Origin: Euryarchaeota archaeon UBA439
Lineage (GTDB): Archaea; Thermoplasmatota; Poseidoniia; Poseidoniales; Thalassarchaeaceae
DNA: 64,000 nt
Direction: 5' to 3'
Assembly (NCBI GenBank): GCA_002497245.1
Contig: DANB01000011.1
Location: 60,612 to 124,611 of the forward strand
Shown here piece by piece: positions 17,907-27,427 of the stretch; positions within the stretch are counted from its first letter, which is position 1, and the number at the start of each line of letters is the position of its first letter. Position numbers and translations under genes: made by a program. Below the pieces are notes generated by a model. It did no database searches and had not been told where the DNA came from. It worked only from the letters and a program-made list of their open reading frames with translations.

Positions 17907-18284
17907 GTGAAACTATTGTTTGTATGTGTAGGAAATACTTGCAGAAGCCAAATGGCTGAAGCGCTAGCTAAAGATATGGGATTCAAAGCACAATCCGCGG
18001 GAACACATCCAGGAGAACAGATTGCCGTAAATGCTGTTGCTGTGATAAAAGAATTAGGAATTGAAATGAATAATCAATTTCCTAAATCTATAGAGATGAT
18101 AGATACAAAAGGATACGACAAAATAATTAGTATGGGATGCGGAGTTGAATGCCCAAATCTTCCAATTTCATCGGATTGGGGATTAGATGATCCAGTAGGT
18201 CACGATATTAATTTTTACAGGAATACTAGAGATAAAATACAATCACTATTAGAAAAATTGTCTCAAACTCAGACCGACGCTTAG
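17907..18284 (+). CDS. arsC: Arsenate reductase / low-molecular-weight phosphotyrosine phosphatase family (ArsC, thioredoxin-coupled type)
   Basis: CVGNTCRS P-loop (C-X5-R-S), a downstream Cys pair (MGCGVECP) and WGLDDP, as in B. subtilis-type ArsC. Confidence 0.6.
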   Translation: MKLLFVCVGNTCRSQMAEALAKDMGFKAQSAGTHPGEQIAVNAVAVIKELGIEMNNQFPKSIEMIDTKGYDKIISMGCGVECPNLPISSDWGLDDPVGHDINFYRNTRDKIQSLLEKLSQTQTDA

Positions 18285-18288
18285 AAAA
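18281..18288 (+). promoter_or_regulatory. Putative TATA box (TTAGAAAA) about 26 nt upstream of tRNA-Gly
   Basis: AT-rich octamer at the expected archaeal TATA distance from tRNA position +1. Confidence 0.3.
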
Positions 18289-18313
18289 GTGACTCAGGTT
18301 TCCCTCTGTTCAG

Positions 18314-18388
18314 ACGAGTGTAGTGTAGTGGTTATCACCGGGCGTTGCCAACGCCTGAACCCGGGTTCAAATCCCGGCACTCGTACCA
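18314..18388 (+). tRNA. tRNA-Gly (anticodon GCC), genomically encoded CCA
   Basis: Cloverleaf folded by hand. Acceptor ACGAGTG/CACTCGT, D-arm GTGT-AGTGGTTA-TCAC, anticodon stem GGGCG/CGCCT, loop TTGCCAA, T-arm CCGGG-TTCAAAT-CCCGG. Discriminator A and CCA are encoded. C2:G71, G3:C70 and A73 are Gly identity elements. Confidence 0.85.
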
Positions 18389-18390
18389 AA

Positions 18391-21300
18391 CTAATCTATG
18401 TCTGAATTACGTAAAATTATTAAAATTCCAGCAAATGATAGTGATAATACAATAAATAAACCAAACACAATCAATATCGATTTATTATCTGAAAACCAGT
18501 TTCCAGTAATAGATTCATCAGTTTTATCTAATTTAATTACTAAACTTTGATCGGACACATCTGTTGTAGAAAGATAGATGTCGGTACCTCTAACAAAAAT
18601 TTCTATCTCTCCATTGGGTAAACTTGAGCGAGGGAAAATCTCCAATGAATATATTCCATCATTGGAGATTCTGTCGACTCCAACACCATCATCTTTCATT
18701 AATATCCAGTTATTAGATTCACCAATAGGGGCTAATCTACCCATTTTAACCTGAACTGAAGATAAACCATCAGGATCAACTATTGATATTTCCAATACTT
18801 GAGGTATTGGGTCACCGGATTTAGGTACGGCAACTGTATCTGATATTTCATTACCTCTAATAATTGAATAATTCACAAAAGTTGGAGCCTCATTCTCAAT
18901 AATTAGTATTGAACTAATTTCTACTCCATTAATCAAAGATTTAGTAATTAATCTAGAAGAATCATTCCCGTCTATCAATCTAATTGGAACTAATCTCTCA
19001 CCAGGTGCAATAATATATGGAACTTGAAATTGTCCCACCCATTTGGAGTCAATTAATGAGAGAGGAATTGATTCTCCACCAGCACTTGTTAATTCTAAAG
19101 AAACAGAGCTTACACCATGGCCATCATTTGCCGATATAGATACATCAACAAAATCTCCTCTTTTCACAACATTCGGTGTGAAACTGATGGATGACATCAC
19201 CGGAGCAGGATTAAGAATTACAATATTTGAGGAAAACACTACAGTTTCCCAAAAATCATTAATTTCTATTTCAACTGTCTTATTTCCAAAATCTAGCCCA
19301 TCTGCTATTATTAGAGATGTCCAAACATCGTCATGGATAACAGTATCTCCAAATAATCCTCTATCTGATAATTCAATAATCCCCAATCCAAATTGGGACA
19401 TATCTACAAATATGGAAATAATATCATTATCAACATCATCTACTGAAACTTCGAGATGAGCTTGCCCTCCCTCAGTATACAAAAAACCCTCTCTGAATTT
19501 TATATTTTCTAATAATGGAGGAGTGTTTTCTTCGGCAGTGATTATTGAAGGTGAGCGAATCTTATCTAGATTCTGAGTCTCGTAAAAATTAACCTCTCCT
19601 TCTAATAGAGGTAAAGTAATTGAACGATTTACATGATGGAATAGTCCTGCTAATAAGCCTTCATTAATCACACTTCCAGATGCCTCTGTGTTGTTACCAT
19701 AATCTCCTATCCAGTCGATCACATCGACATTATGACCATCTATATTCACTTCCCTACTATCTTGAACAATGATTGATAAAATAAGATCTGAATTTCTAGA
19801 TAAAATAATTTCATCCCCCTGCCTTAATATCTCAGGAATTACACCTGTTTCTTTAGTTATAGGAGATGCCTCAAAGGAACTGGAAGAAGGCCTTTCAACA
19901 TCAACCTGGATTGGAGATTCTTCGGGAAAATAATCTGAACTTGAACCATTATCTTCAATATACTGATATCTAACTATTGGATTTTCCCAATAAGATTGAG
20001 GTACCGTATACTCATATGTAAGATTATGTTCAGCATTTATTTCTTCGTCTACAATCATGAAGACTGATGATACATTTAGCCAATTCTCATTTCTAATTTT
20101 ATTTACCTCAAAATTAGTACCTGAAAGATTCTGTTGAGTGGTCTTATCTTCGATTAATCTAATTATCCCAAATGAACCTGAAACATCTCCATCATATGTC
20201 CCATCAACTCTTAAAGTATCATGAAGAATAAATCCATTTCTATCTTCGAAATGTAAACTATCAACAGTTCCGTTAGTGTAAATATATGGAGCCTCTTCTG
20301 AAATAAGTGCATTAAATTCTGCATTACCGATATACTTCAAAAGATGTTCTTCTTGAACTCCATTTATCCATAGATCTTTGTATCTAAATTCTTCTAATTC
20401 AAGATCAATATTTCCATCTGCAAAGTCAATAAAGCTTGTAGCATCTGCTTCTAAATTTATATTCTGATATTCACGTAAACCGTCTGAATCTAAAGACTCG
20501 AAGTAAAATGAAGAGATATCGCCTGAGATAAATAGAGATTCATTGTCTGAATTATCTAGAAAATATAACATTCCATGGCCATCAACTAACAAATGCTCAG
20601 TGTAACTATCTTGTAACAATGTACGATTATAAAATGCTTCAGTCACATTTACCGAGATATTCAACCCATCCTGAATAGTCAATAAATTTCCTTGTCCACG
20701 CATCTCAAACTCCTGCCCAACTAATTCTTCGTCATAATAAGTCTGGTTTAACCAGACCTTGTCTAAATCGAGTTCAATATCCATATTATCAAAATTATAT
20801 AGTTCAAAACTTCCAGAACCTAATTCATTTGATGTGAGACTCGGACCTATTCTTTGCTGCCAACCTCTACCTTCAAAAATAAGATTGGAACTGGACTCAG
20901 AAGTTCCTAAAATATTATTTTGCCATGTTCTATTGCTGGTCACTTCATGATCTGCTATTGGTTGATTCCAATTTGTGACTCTAATAGAACGGCTACAAGA
21001 TGCTTCCAAAGTTTCAATCGAAATCTCAATTTCATCCATGAACATAGGTTCTTCAGGCAGAATAATATCAATTTCTCCACCAGCTAAAATAACATTAGAA
21101 TTAAAGTTACTTCCTATTGTCTGGTTAGCACGTAAATGACTTATTGACGTGTCTACTAAGTGAGGTGTGGTGCCATTAACAAAAGAGGGAGAGAAAGACA
21201 CTACATAACGGTGTATAATTAGTGGATTATATACCGAGAAATTACCATCAGCATCCATTACTGGGAATTGATCTACTCCCCAATCAGCAAGTATTTCACA

Positions 21301-21396
21301 CTCTATAAATTCATTTTCTTCAGCAGAAACCAATGATGAAAAACTACTAAACAATAAAATAAAAATAATGAAAAAAGCTTGTTGGATGCTTTTCAT
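18391..21396 (-). CDS. Large secreted/cell-surface protein (signal peptide plus C-terminal TM anchor), adhesin/S-layer-like
   Basis: About 1000 aa with an N-terminal signal-like hydrophobic segment, many N-x-S/T sequons and a C-terminal hydrophobic helix (ILIVFGLFIVLSLSFAGILIIL) with a short tail. Confidence 0.6.
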   Translation of the reverse strand: MKSIQQAFFIIFILLFSSFSSLVSAEENEFIECEILADWGVDQFPVMDADGNFSVYNPLIIHRYVVSFSPSFVNGTTPHLVDTSISHLRANQTIGSNFNSNVILAGGEIDIILPEEPMFMDEIEISIETLEASCSRSIRVTNWNQPIADHEVTSNRTWQNNILGTSESSSNLIFEGRGWQQRIGPSLTSNELGSGSFELYNFDNMDIELDLDKVWLNQTYYDEELVGQEFEMRGQGNLLTIQDGLNISVNVTEAFYNRTLLQDSYTEHLLVDGHGMLYFLDNSDNESLFISGDISSFYFESLDSDGLREYQNINLEADATSFIDFADGNIDLELEEFRYKDLWINGVQEEHLLKYIGNAEFNALISEEAPYIYTNGTVDSLHFEDRNGFILHDTLRVDGTYDGDVSGSFGIIRLIEDKTTQQNLSGTNFEVNKIRNENWLNVSSVFMIVDEEINAEHNLTYEYTVPQSYWENPIVRYQYIEDNGSSSDYFPEESPIQVDVERPSSSSFEASPITKETGVIPEILRQGDEIILSRNSDLILSIIVQDSREVNIDGHNVDVIDWIGDYGNNTEASGSVINEGLLAGLFHHVNRSITLPLLEGEVNFYETQNLDKIRSPSIITAEENTPPLLENIKFREGFLYTEGGQAHLEVSVDDVDNDIISIFVDMSQFGLGIIELSDRGLFGDTVIHDDVWTSLIIADGLDFGNKTVEIEINDFWETVVFSSNIVILNPAPVMSSISFTPNVVKRGDFVDVSISANDGHGVSSVSLELTSAGGESIPLSLIDSKWVGQFQVPYIIAPGERLVPIRLIDGNDSSRLITKSLINGVEISSILIIENEAPTFVNYSIIRGNEISDTVAVPKSGDPIPQVLEISIVDPDGLSSVQVKMGRLAPIGESNNWILMKDDGVGVDRISNDGIYSLEIFPRSSLPNGEIEIFVRGTDIYLSTTDVSDQSLVIKLDKTDESITGNWFSDNKSILIVFGLFIVLSLSFAGILIILRNSDID

Positions 21397-21455
21397 GATA
21401 AACTCTAGGAGAATATGCTTTTGAAACTTAGGTATCAATGATTTTTATAATGTCT

Positions 21456-21872
21456 CTAGAATAATGGTTCTTCCCAATCATCTTCTTCTCCAGATCTCTC
21501 TTTCCAGAGATTTGCAGGCATGTCATCATATATACCAGCATAAGGATCTTCATCATCAACCTTTTTTCCTCTCATCTCCATTGCAGCAAGAGCGAATGCC
21601 TCGGCTGTAGATTTAAACTTCCAATAATGGATTCTCCATTCTCTTCCATCCCATAATGTTGTCTCTTCAGATTCTGTAGTCAATAGATCGTAATCTTGTA
21701 ACTGATAGAAAAGATTACGATCATTAGGTTCTAGTGCGTTATCAATTATTCGATTTGAGAAACCAAAAAAACCCAATGCATGCTCAGCAATACCTTCAGC
21801 CACGACAGTTTCCATATCTTCGTCAACTTTACGGCGAATGGCCTGAGTTAATTGTGCAAGTGTCAAACCCAT
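21456..21872 (-). CDS. Hypothetical acidic protein (138 aa)
   Basis: Clean ORF with an acidic C-terminus, divergent from the agmatinase gene. No recognisable family. Confidence 0.4.
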   Translation of the reverse strand: MGLTLAQLTQAIRRKVDEDMETVVAEGIAEHALGFFGFSNRIIDNALEPNDRNLFYQLQDYDLLTTESEETTLWDGREWRIHYWKFKSTAEAFALAAMEMRGKKVDDEDPYAGIYDDMPANLWKERSGEEDDWEEPLF

Positions 21873-21992
21873 ATCACCGACTCCGATATATATTCCATGG
21901 ATGGGTGTGACTTATCAACCATACTTTATTACGATTACAGATTTGATTTGAATCCCGAAGCCATTAATCGGGAGAAGCGAGTCGTAATCATC

Positions 21993-22919
21993 ATGGAAGA
22001 GTCTGGCAAGATGACTTTCTTGGGCCTAGAAGAAAATGAAAATGGCCCTTATGACATTGTAATTTTACCCATACCTTATGAAATGACAACAAGCTACAAG
22101 GAAGGAACTGAATTTGGACCAGAGGCGTGCATTAGTGCAAGTTCACAGGTGGAATTATTTGATGAATTATTAGATGATGACCTTCCTTGTGGTTTCAAGT
22201 TATTCACCTCAGATAATTGGAATAATGAGGTGTCAAGTCTCAAAGAAGCTTTAGAAAGTATTGAAAGATTTTCTTCAAAGTGGGTTAATGGTGAACAATT
22301 TCCAATATTTTTAGGTGGCGAACATGGCATATTATTACCAATAATTAGATCTCTAAAAAAACATCCAAAAATTGAAGGAGAACTAGAAAAATTAACTATT
22401 GTACAAATTGATGCACATGCGGATTTAAGAGATGAATTGAATGGAGAAAGATTTTCTCATGGAACTGTGATTAGAAGATCTTTAGATGAAGGTGTAGGTA
22501 AAATAGTCCAGATAGGTATCAGAGCATATTGTTCGGAAGAAAAAGAAATAATTGAGAGTGATAGAAGAGTGAATACATGGTTTGCCAGAGATCTAATTAG
22601 TATAGATTCAGAAGACTCAAATTGGAACGAAATGATTGATCAAATCAAGAACTTATCAGGACCCATATGGCTTAGTTTCGATATTGATGGATTAGATGGC
22701 ATTCTAGTTCCAGCAACGGGAACCCCAGTCCCCGGAGGATTATCATTCTGGGGAGCAAATAAAATAATACAAGAATTATTTAATGCTAAAAAATCACAAG
22801 TAATAGGTGCAGATGTTAACGAAATATCAACTTCACCAGGCACTAACCTGACAGAATTTTCCGCAGCTTTAATTGCTACAAAGATTATAGCTTGCCATAT
22901 AATGAGTACGAAAGGATAA
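21993..22919 (+). CDS. speB: Agmatinase (arginase/ureohydrolase family)
   Basis: Mn-binding motifs GGEHGI, QIDAHADLRD and SFDIDGLDG. Start chosen at the internal Met to avoid overlap with the upstream gene. Confidence 0.75.
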   Translation: MEESGKMTFLGLEENENGPYDIVILPIPYEMTTSYKEGTEFGPEACISASSQVELFDELLDDDLPCGFKLFTSDNWNNEVSSLKEALESIERFSSKWVNGEQFPIFLGGEHGILLPIIRSLKKHPKIEGELEKLTIVQIDAHADLRDELNGERFSHGTVIRRSLDEGVGKIVQIGIRAYCSEEKEIIESDRRVNTWFARDLISIDSEDSNWNEMIDQIKNLSGPIWLSFDIDGLDGILVPATGTPVPGGLSFWGANKIIQELFNAKKSQVIGADVNEISTSPGTNLTEFSAALIATKIIACHIMSTKG

Positions 22920-22949
22920 TGATCGTAAATACTTTATTAATTCGAATAA

Positions 22950-24542
22950 TTGATCCCATATTTAATCAAATATGCTCTGAAATTGAAACTTTGTGATGCA
23001 ATTCTTTGTATAATTGAATATTATCGCAAATACATGCATGTAACAGTTAGTGAATTTTTAGAAACCGGAGACATTATGATTATTCCTCTTTTTCAAGATA
23101 CGGAAAAGGCACCAAATAATTCGACAATAGGTTTGAGTAGGAGTGCAAGTATTGCTGTAAAATCCGCGATTTCTAGTGACGGTTTTGACGGAAAGGAAAA
23201 ATGTCAGATTTCAATATGGACGAAAGAATGTCAAATAATACTTTTAGGAGTTGGCGATAAAAATAAATTGACCCCTAAGAAATCTAGAGATTTTGGTGCG
23301 AAATGCTTTAGCAATCTTCCAAATAATCAAGGAAGGAATGTTGTTATCAGATTTACTGCAGGATGGAATAATCAAAATATGGCATCATTTGCAGAAGGAA
23401 TGATACTAAGAGATTATTCATTTGATAAGTATCAAAAAAAGAAAGACGAGAAAAATGATAGTGAATGGTCAATAATTTGTCAAACAACAAAAAGATATAC
23501 TAAAGATCTCGATTTAGAGATAAATAGACTTTCTTCCATAGCTACTGGTGTGCACCTTGCTAGAGACTTAGGAAATGAACCTGCAAATCGACTTTATCCT
23601 GAAGAGTTTGGAAGAAGAGCATTAGAATGGTCCAAAGGAAAAGAAAATGTTGAAGTTGAAGTCTGGAACTTCTCTCGTCTCAAAGAAGAAGGAATGAATG
23701 GACTCATTGAGGTTGGAAAAGGAAGTGTACATAAGCCATGTATGGTATTCTTCCGTCTTAATCCTACTACAGAGACCAATAAACAAGTTCCTTGTATTGT
23801 AGGTAAAGGTATTACTTTTGATTCTGGAGGAATTTCAATCAAAGGTAGTGCAGGAATGGATGAAATGAAATTAGATATGCATGGTTCTGCTACTGTTTTT
23901 GGACTCTTTCAGGCTCTTCATGCAACCGGTTACAAAGGTCGAGTTAATGGAATAACATGTATGGCAGAGAATATGCCAAGTGCTGAAGCATATAGGCCGG
24001 GAGACGTCATAGACACATATTCTGGAAAAACTATCGAGGTCCTAAATACAGATGCTGAAGGACGTAACGTACTAGCAGATGGGCTTTGGAAGGCCAGTGA
24101 ATTAAATCCATCTTACATCATTGATTTAGCAACATTAACCGGATCAATTGTAGTGGCTCTTGGCCATGAAGCAACAGGATTATTTTCGAACGATGATTCA
24201 TTATCTGGAAGAATTAAGAAGGCAGGGGATGAAGTTGATGAAATTTGTTGGCCTATGCCATTGTTACCTGCATTTGAAAAACAAATGACTTCCTCTAAAA
24301 TCGCAGATGTAAGAAATCAAGGAAAAGGCAGATGGGGGGGAGCAATTCAAGCTGCAGGATTCTTGAAACAATTTGTCCAAGAACGCGAAGGTGAAAACGG
24401 AGAAAAATCCCAAATCCCATGGGCACATCTAGATATTGCAGGAACTGCAGGAATTTGGGGTGGAGAGTCAAATGCAACTGTTAGCCATGGAGCTACGGGA
24501 ATACAAGTTCGGACTCTACATCGATTAATAACGAGTAAATGA
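22950..24542 (+). CDS. pepA: Leucyl aminopeptidase (M17 family, PepA)
   Basis: M17 signature NTDAEGRNVLAD, plus VGKGITFDSGG and LATLTG. The true start is possibly the internal Met at 23034. Confidence 0.8.
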   Translation: MIPYLIKYALKLKLCDAILCIIEYYRKYMHVTVSEFLETGDIMIIPLFQDTEKAPNNSTIGLSRSASIAVKSAISSDGFDGKEKCQISIWTKECQIILLGVGDKNKLTPKKSRDFGAKCFSNLPNNQGRNVVIRFTAGWNNQNMASFAEGMILRDYSFDKYQKKKDEKNDSEWSIICQTTKRYTKDLDLEINRLSSIATGVHLARDLGNEPANRLYPEEFGRRALEWSKGKENVEVEVWNFSRLKEEGMNGLIEVGKGSVHKPCMVFFRLNPTTETNKQVPCIVGKGITFDSGGISIKGSAGMDEMKLDMHGSATVFGLFQALHATGYKGRVNGITCMAENMPSAEAYRPGDVIDTYSGKTIEVLNTDAEGRNVLADGLWKASELNPSYIIDLATLTGSIVVALGHEATGLFSNDDSLSGRIKKAGDEVDEICWPMPLLPAFEKQMTSSKIADVRNQGKGRWGGAIQAAGFLKQFVQEREGENGEKSQIPWAHLDIAGTAGIWGGESNATVSHGATGIQVRTLHRLITSK

Positions 24543-24547
24543 GAAAA

Positions 24548-24796
24548 TTACTCCTGAGGAGATATTAAAAAAATAATAAGATAAACAATTGCTAAACTAC
24601 CACCTGTAAATATTGTAAATAAAGAGAATAGAACTCTTGAAGTTAGAGAAGTTATTCCTAATTTCCTAGCAAGTCCTGAGCAGACACCCAGAATTATTCT
24701 GTCATCAATTGGTCTTACAAATGGTTTAGCACCAATTCTAATCTTCTTAAGTGCAGAACCTTCATCCATCAGATCACTCATCGGTATCGTCATCAT
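24548..24796 (-). CDS. PspC-domain membrane protein
   Basis: 82 aa with PspC domain signature ([18 protein letters not shown]) followed by a TM helix. Confidence 0.6.
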   Translation of the reverse strand: MMTIPMSDLMDEGSALKKIRIGAKPFVRPIDDRIILGVCSGLARKLGITSLTSRVLFSLFTIFTGGSLAIVYLIIFLISPQE

Positions 24797-26663
24797 CTGA
24801 ATCTAAAACTTCAAAATCGGCCTCTACAACATCACCTTCTTCAGACTCATTACCTTCATCTGAAACCTCTGCGGATGCTGCTTCGTACAATTTAGATGAT
24901 AAACGATGCATTAATTCTTCTAACTCTTGTATTCTTGATTGGATACCTGTTTCATCTAAGTCTTCATCTGGAACTGGTTTTTCATCTGAGATGATTAAAG
25001 ATTCCAATTCTTTCAACTTTTCTAAAACAGGGCTAACTACTTCCTCAGATAATTTCTCTTTCGTCTCATCAATTGTTCTTCGAGTTTGGTATACTATACT
25101 ATCTGCTGTATTTCTTAGTTCAACTCTAGCTTTTTTACGTTTATCTTCTTCAGCAAATTCTTCGGCATCGCTTATTTTTTGTTTGATTTCTTCTTCGGAT
25201 AATGATGTTTGACTCTCAATTTTAATTGATTGTTCGGTACCTGTACCAAGATCCTTTGCAGAAACATTCACAATACCATTAGCATCGATATCAAATGTAA
25301 CCTCAATTTGAGGCAAACCTCGTGGAGCAGGTGGAATACCCATAAGATGGAATCTGCCAAGGGTTATGTTATCATTAGCAAACTCTCTCTCGCCTTGGAG
25401 AACATGCACTTCGACTGCTGGTTGATTGTCTGCTGCAGTTGAGAACGTTTCCGAACGCCTGGAAGGGATCGTTGTATTTCTTTCAATCATTGTAGTCATA
25501 ATTCCACCTAATGTTTCTATTCCTAAAGTCAAAGGAGTTACATCAAGAAGAAGAACGTCAGTAACTCCTTCATCGCCGACAATAATTCCTGCTTGTAGTG
25601 CTGCCCCTAAAGCAACTGCTTCATCAGGATTAATACCCTTGAAAGGAGATTTTCCTACTTCTGATTCTATAGCCTCCTGGACAGCAGGAACTCTAGTTGA
25701 ACCACCTACAAGAATCACCTTATCAACATCCCCCTTGCCTATCCCTGCATCCTTCATTGCTCTTCTTGTTGGAGCCATTGTTCGCTCGACTAAGTCTGAA
25801 ATTAAATCTTCAAACTTAGCTTTAGAAAGTGAAAGATCCAGATGTTCAGGCTGACCATCTTTCATTGTAATAAATGGTAAGTTTATCTGGGACATTGAAG
25901 TACCAGACAACTCAATTTTAGCCTTTTCTGCAGCCTCACGTAAACGACTCATTGCTTGCATATCTTTTGTTAAATCAATTCCTGAAGATTTCATATATTC
26001 GCTAGTTATCCATTCAACGATTACTTGATCAAAATCATCACCACCAAGCCTATTATCCCCACTTGTTGCCTTTACTTCAATTTGCGGTTGGCCATCAACT
26101 TGGTAAATCTCTAGTACAGAAACATCGAATGTACCTCCACCTAAATCATAAACTAGAATTGTCTGATCTTCGTCCTTATCTACCCCATAAGCTAGAGCTG
26201 CTGCTGTTGGTTCATTGATTATACGAAGTACTTCTAGACCAGCAATTCTGCCTGCATCTTGAGTTGCCTTTCTTTGAGCATCAGTAAAATAAGCTGGACA
26301 AGTTATCACTGCCTGATTAACTTCTCGACCTAGATATGATTCAGCATCAGCCTTTAATTTCTGTAAAATGAAGGCGGATACCTCTTGTGGAGTATATTCA
26401 TTATCATCAATATTCTGAACCCAATCAGTACCCATTTCCCTCTTAACTGAAAGAATGGTTCTCTCAGAATTTGTTACTGCTTGTCTTTTAGCAGTAACAC
26501 CTACTAATCTTTCACCGTCCTTGCTAAACGCAACGACAGAAGGAGTCGTCCGAGACCCCTCTGAATTGGCTATTACCACTGCCTGGCCTCCTTCAAGAGT
26601 TGCTACACAGCTGTTTGTCGTTCCAAGATCTATTCCTATTACAGGTCCACCCATTTTATTCAC
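24774..26663 (-). CDS. dnaK: Molecular chaperone DnaK (Hsp70)
   Basis: N-terminal [21 protein letters not shown], and an acidic C-terminal tail. Confidence 0.95.
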   Translation of the reverse strand: MNKMGGPVIGIDLGTTNSCVATLEGGQAVVIANSEGSRTTPSVVAFSKDGERLVGVTAKRQAVTNSERTILSVKREMGTDWVQNIDDNEYTPQEVSAFILQKLKADAESYLGREVNQAVITCPAYFTDAQRKATQDAGRIAGLEVLRIINEPTAAALAYGVDKDEDQTILVYDLGGGTFDVSVLEIYQVDGQPQIEVKATSGDNRLGGDDFDQVIVEWITSEYMKSSGIDLTKDMQAMSRLREAAEKAKIELSGTSMSQINLPFITMKDGQPEHLDLSLSKAKFEDLISDLVERTMAPTRRAMKDAGIGKGDVDKVILVGGSTRVPAVQEAIESEVGKSPFKGINPDEAVALGAALQAGIIVGDEGVTDVLLLDVTPLTLGIETLGGIMTTMIERNTTIPSRRSETFSTAADNQPAVEVHVLQGEREFANDNITLGRFHLMGIPPAPRGLPQIEVTFDIDANGIVNVSAKDLGTGTEQSIKIESQTSLSEEEIKQKISDAEEFAEEDKRKKARVELRNTADSIVYQTRRTIDETKEKLSEEVVSPVLEKLKELESLIISDEKPVPDEDLDETGIQSRIQELEELMHRLSSKLYEAASAEVSDEGNESEEGDVVEADFEVLDSDDDDTDE

Positions 26664-26671
26664 TTCCTATT

Positions 26672-27283
26672 TCAATTATCATTTCTAATATCGAATATAA
26701 CATCAAGTATGCCATTATTTAGGCTCCATTCAACAATCTGACTTACAGGTTCGGTTAAATCAAATCTCTTAAAGGGCCTTAATTGAGTTGTTTTCATCAA
26801 CTGAAATGCCCTACCAGAATCTATCAAATTAATCTCTAATTCCGACTCTACAATATCTAATTCACGAGAAATGTCTACCGTTGCATACATTCTATCTTCA
26901 TGAATATGGATGTCGACTTGAAGTTCTTCTTCATTATTCTCTTCTTGATTTAATTCAGCATCAACTACTGGAGTAGGAGTATTTACTTGTATGTTAACTC
27001 CCATGTTCCTGAACAATTCTGAAAAACCATCCGGGCCATTCAACATTGATTCCATAGTTTTTCTAAAATCATCGGAATTGCCATTTATGTCAATTTTCAT
27101 ATCCTGATTAGATAGTTTCTCTGGATCAATACCCATTTTTTCGAATTGATCACGTACTTGGGAAAGCATATTTCTAAGAATGTTAATATCTATTGGCATA
27201 CCCATGTCAGAAAACATTCGTGCCATTTCTTTGAGCATTTGCTCTTCCCATTCATCTCCACTATTTTCATCCATATTTGCCAC
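26672..27283 (-). CDS. Hsp20/alpha-crystallin-family small heat-shock protein with long N-terminal extension
   Basis: C-terminal ACD-like block (HEDRMYATVDISRE...ELEINL...FKRFDLTEPV...NGILDVIF). Not GrpE-like. Confidence 0.5.
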   Translation of the reverse strand: MANMDENSGDEWEEQMLKEMARMFSDMGMPIDINILRNMLSQVRDQFEKMGIDPEKLSNQDMKIDINGNSDDFRKTMESMLNGPDGFSELFRNMGVNIQVNTPTPVVDAELNQEENNEEELQVDIHIHEDRMYATVDISRELDIVESELEINLIDSGRAFQLMKTTQLRPFKRFDLTEPVSQIVEWSLNNGILDVIFDIRNDN

Positions 27284-27290
27284 TACTTAA

Positions 27291-27427
27291 CTCGAGGTTG
27301 TATAGTGGGAAGGTACTATCCTTTATGAACCTCTCGTTTTGAATTCTTTTGTAAATAAGAATTGATTAGAAATGTTATTGTCACGGGAGCGGTTTCAAAT
27401 CTGTTAGGTTACTCGCGAGGTTGTATG
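27291..27427. promoter_or_regulatory. Direct repeat CTCG(C)GAGGTTGTAT(A/G) present twice (27291-27305 and 27412-27427) flanking the thermosome promoter/start
   Basis: Two near-identical 15-16-mers about 120 bp apart in the Hsp20-thermosome divergent region. The second copy abuts the thermosome ATG. Confidence 0.3.

Noticed and set aside
18389-18400. Integration scar or attachment site at the tRNA-Gly 3' end
   Set aside because: No duplicated tRNA 3' half, no integrase and no obvious compositional shift downstream. The adjacent gene is a native-looking surface protein.
24751-25212. 153-aa Ser-rich ORF on the + strand
   Set aside because: Lies entirely antisense to the acidic C-terminal region of dnaK. 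The low-complexity composition is a mirror of the Glu/Asp-rich DnaK tail.
26672-27283. Considered as GrpE because it sits directly upstream of dnaK
   Set aside because: Lacks GrpE coiled-coil and beta-domain motifs. The C-terminal half instead fits an alpha-crystallin domain (Hsp20).
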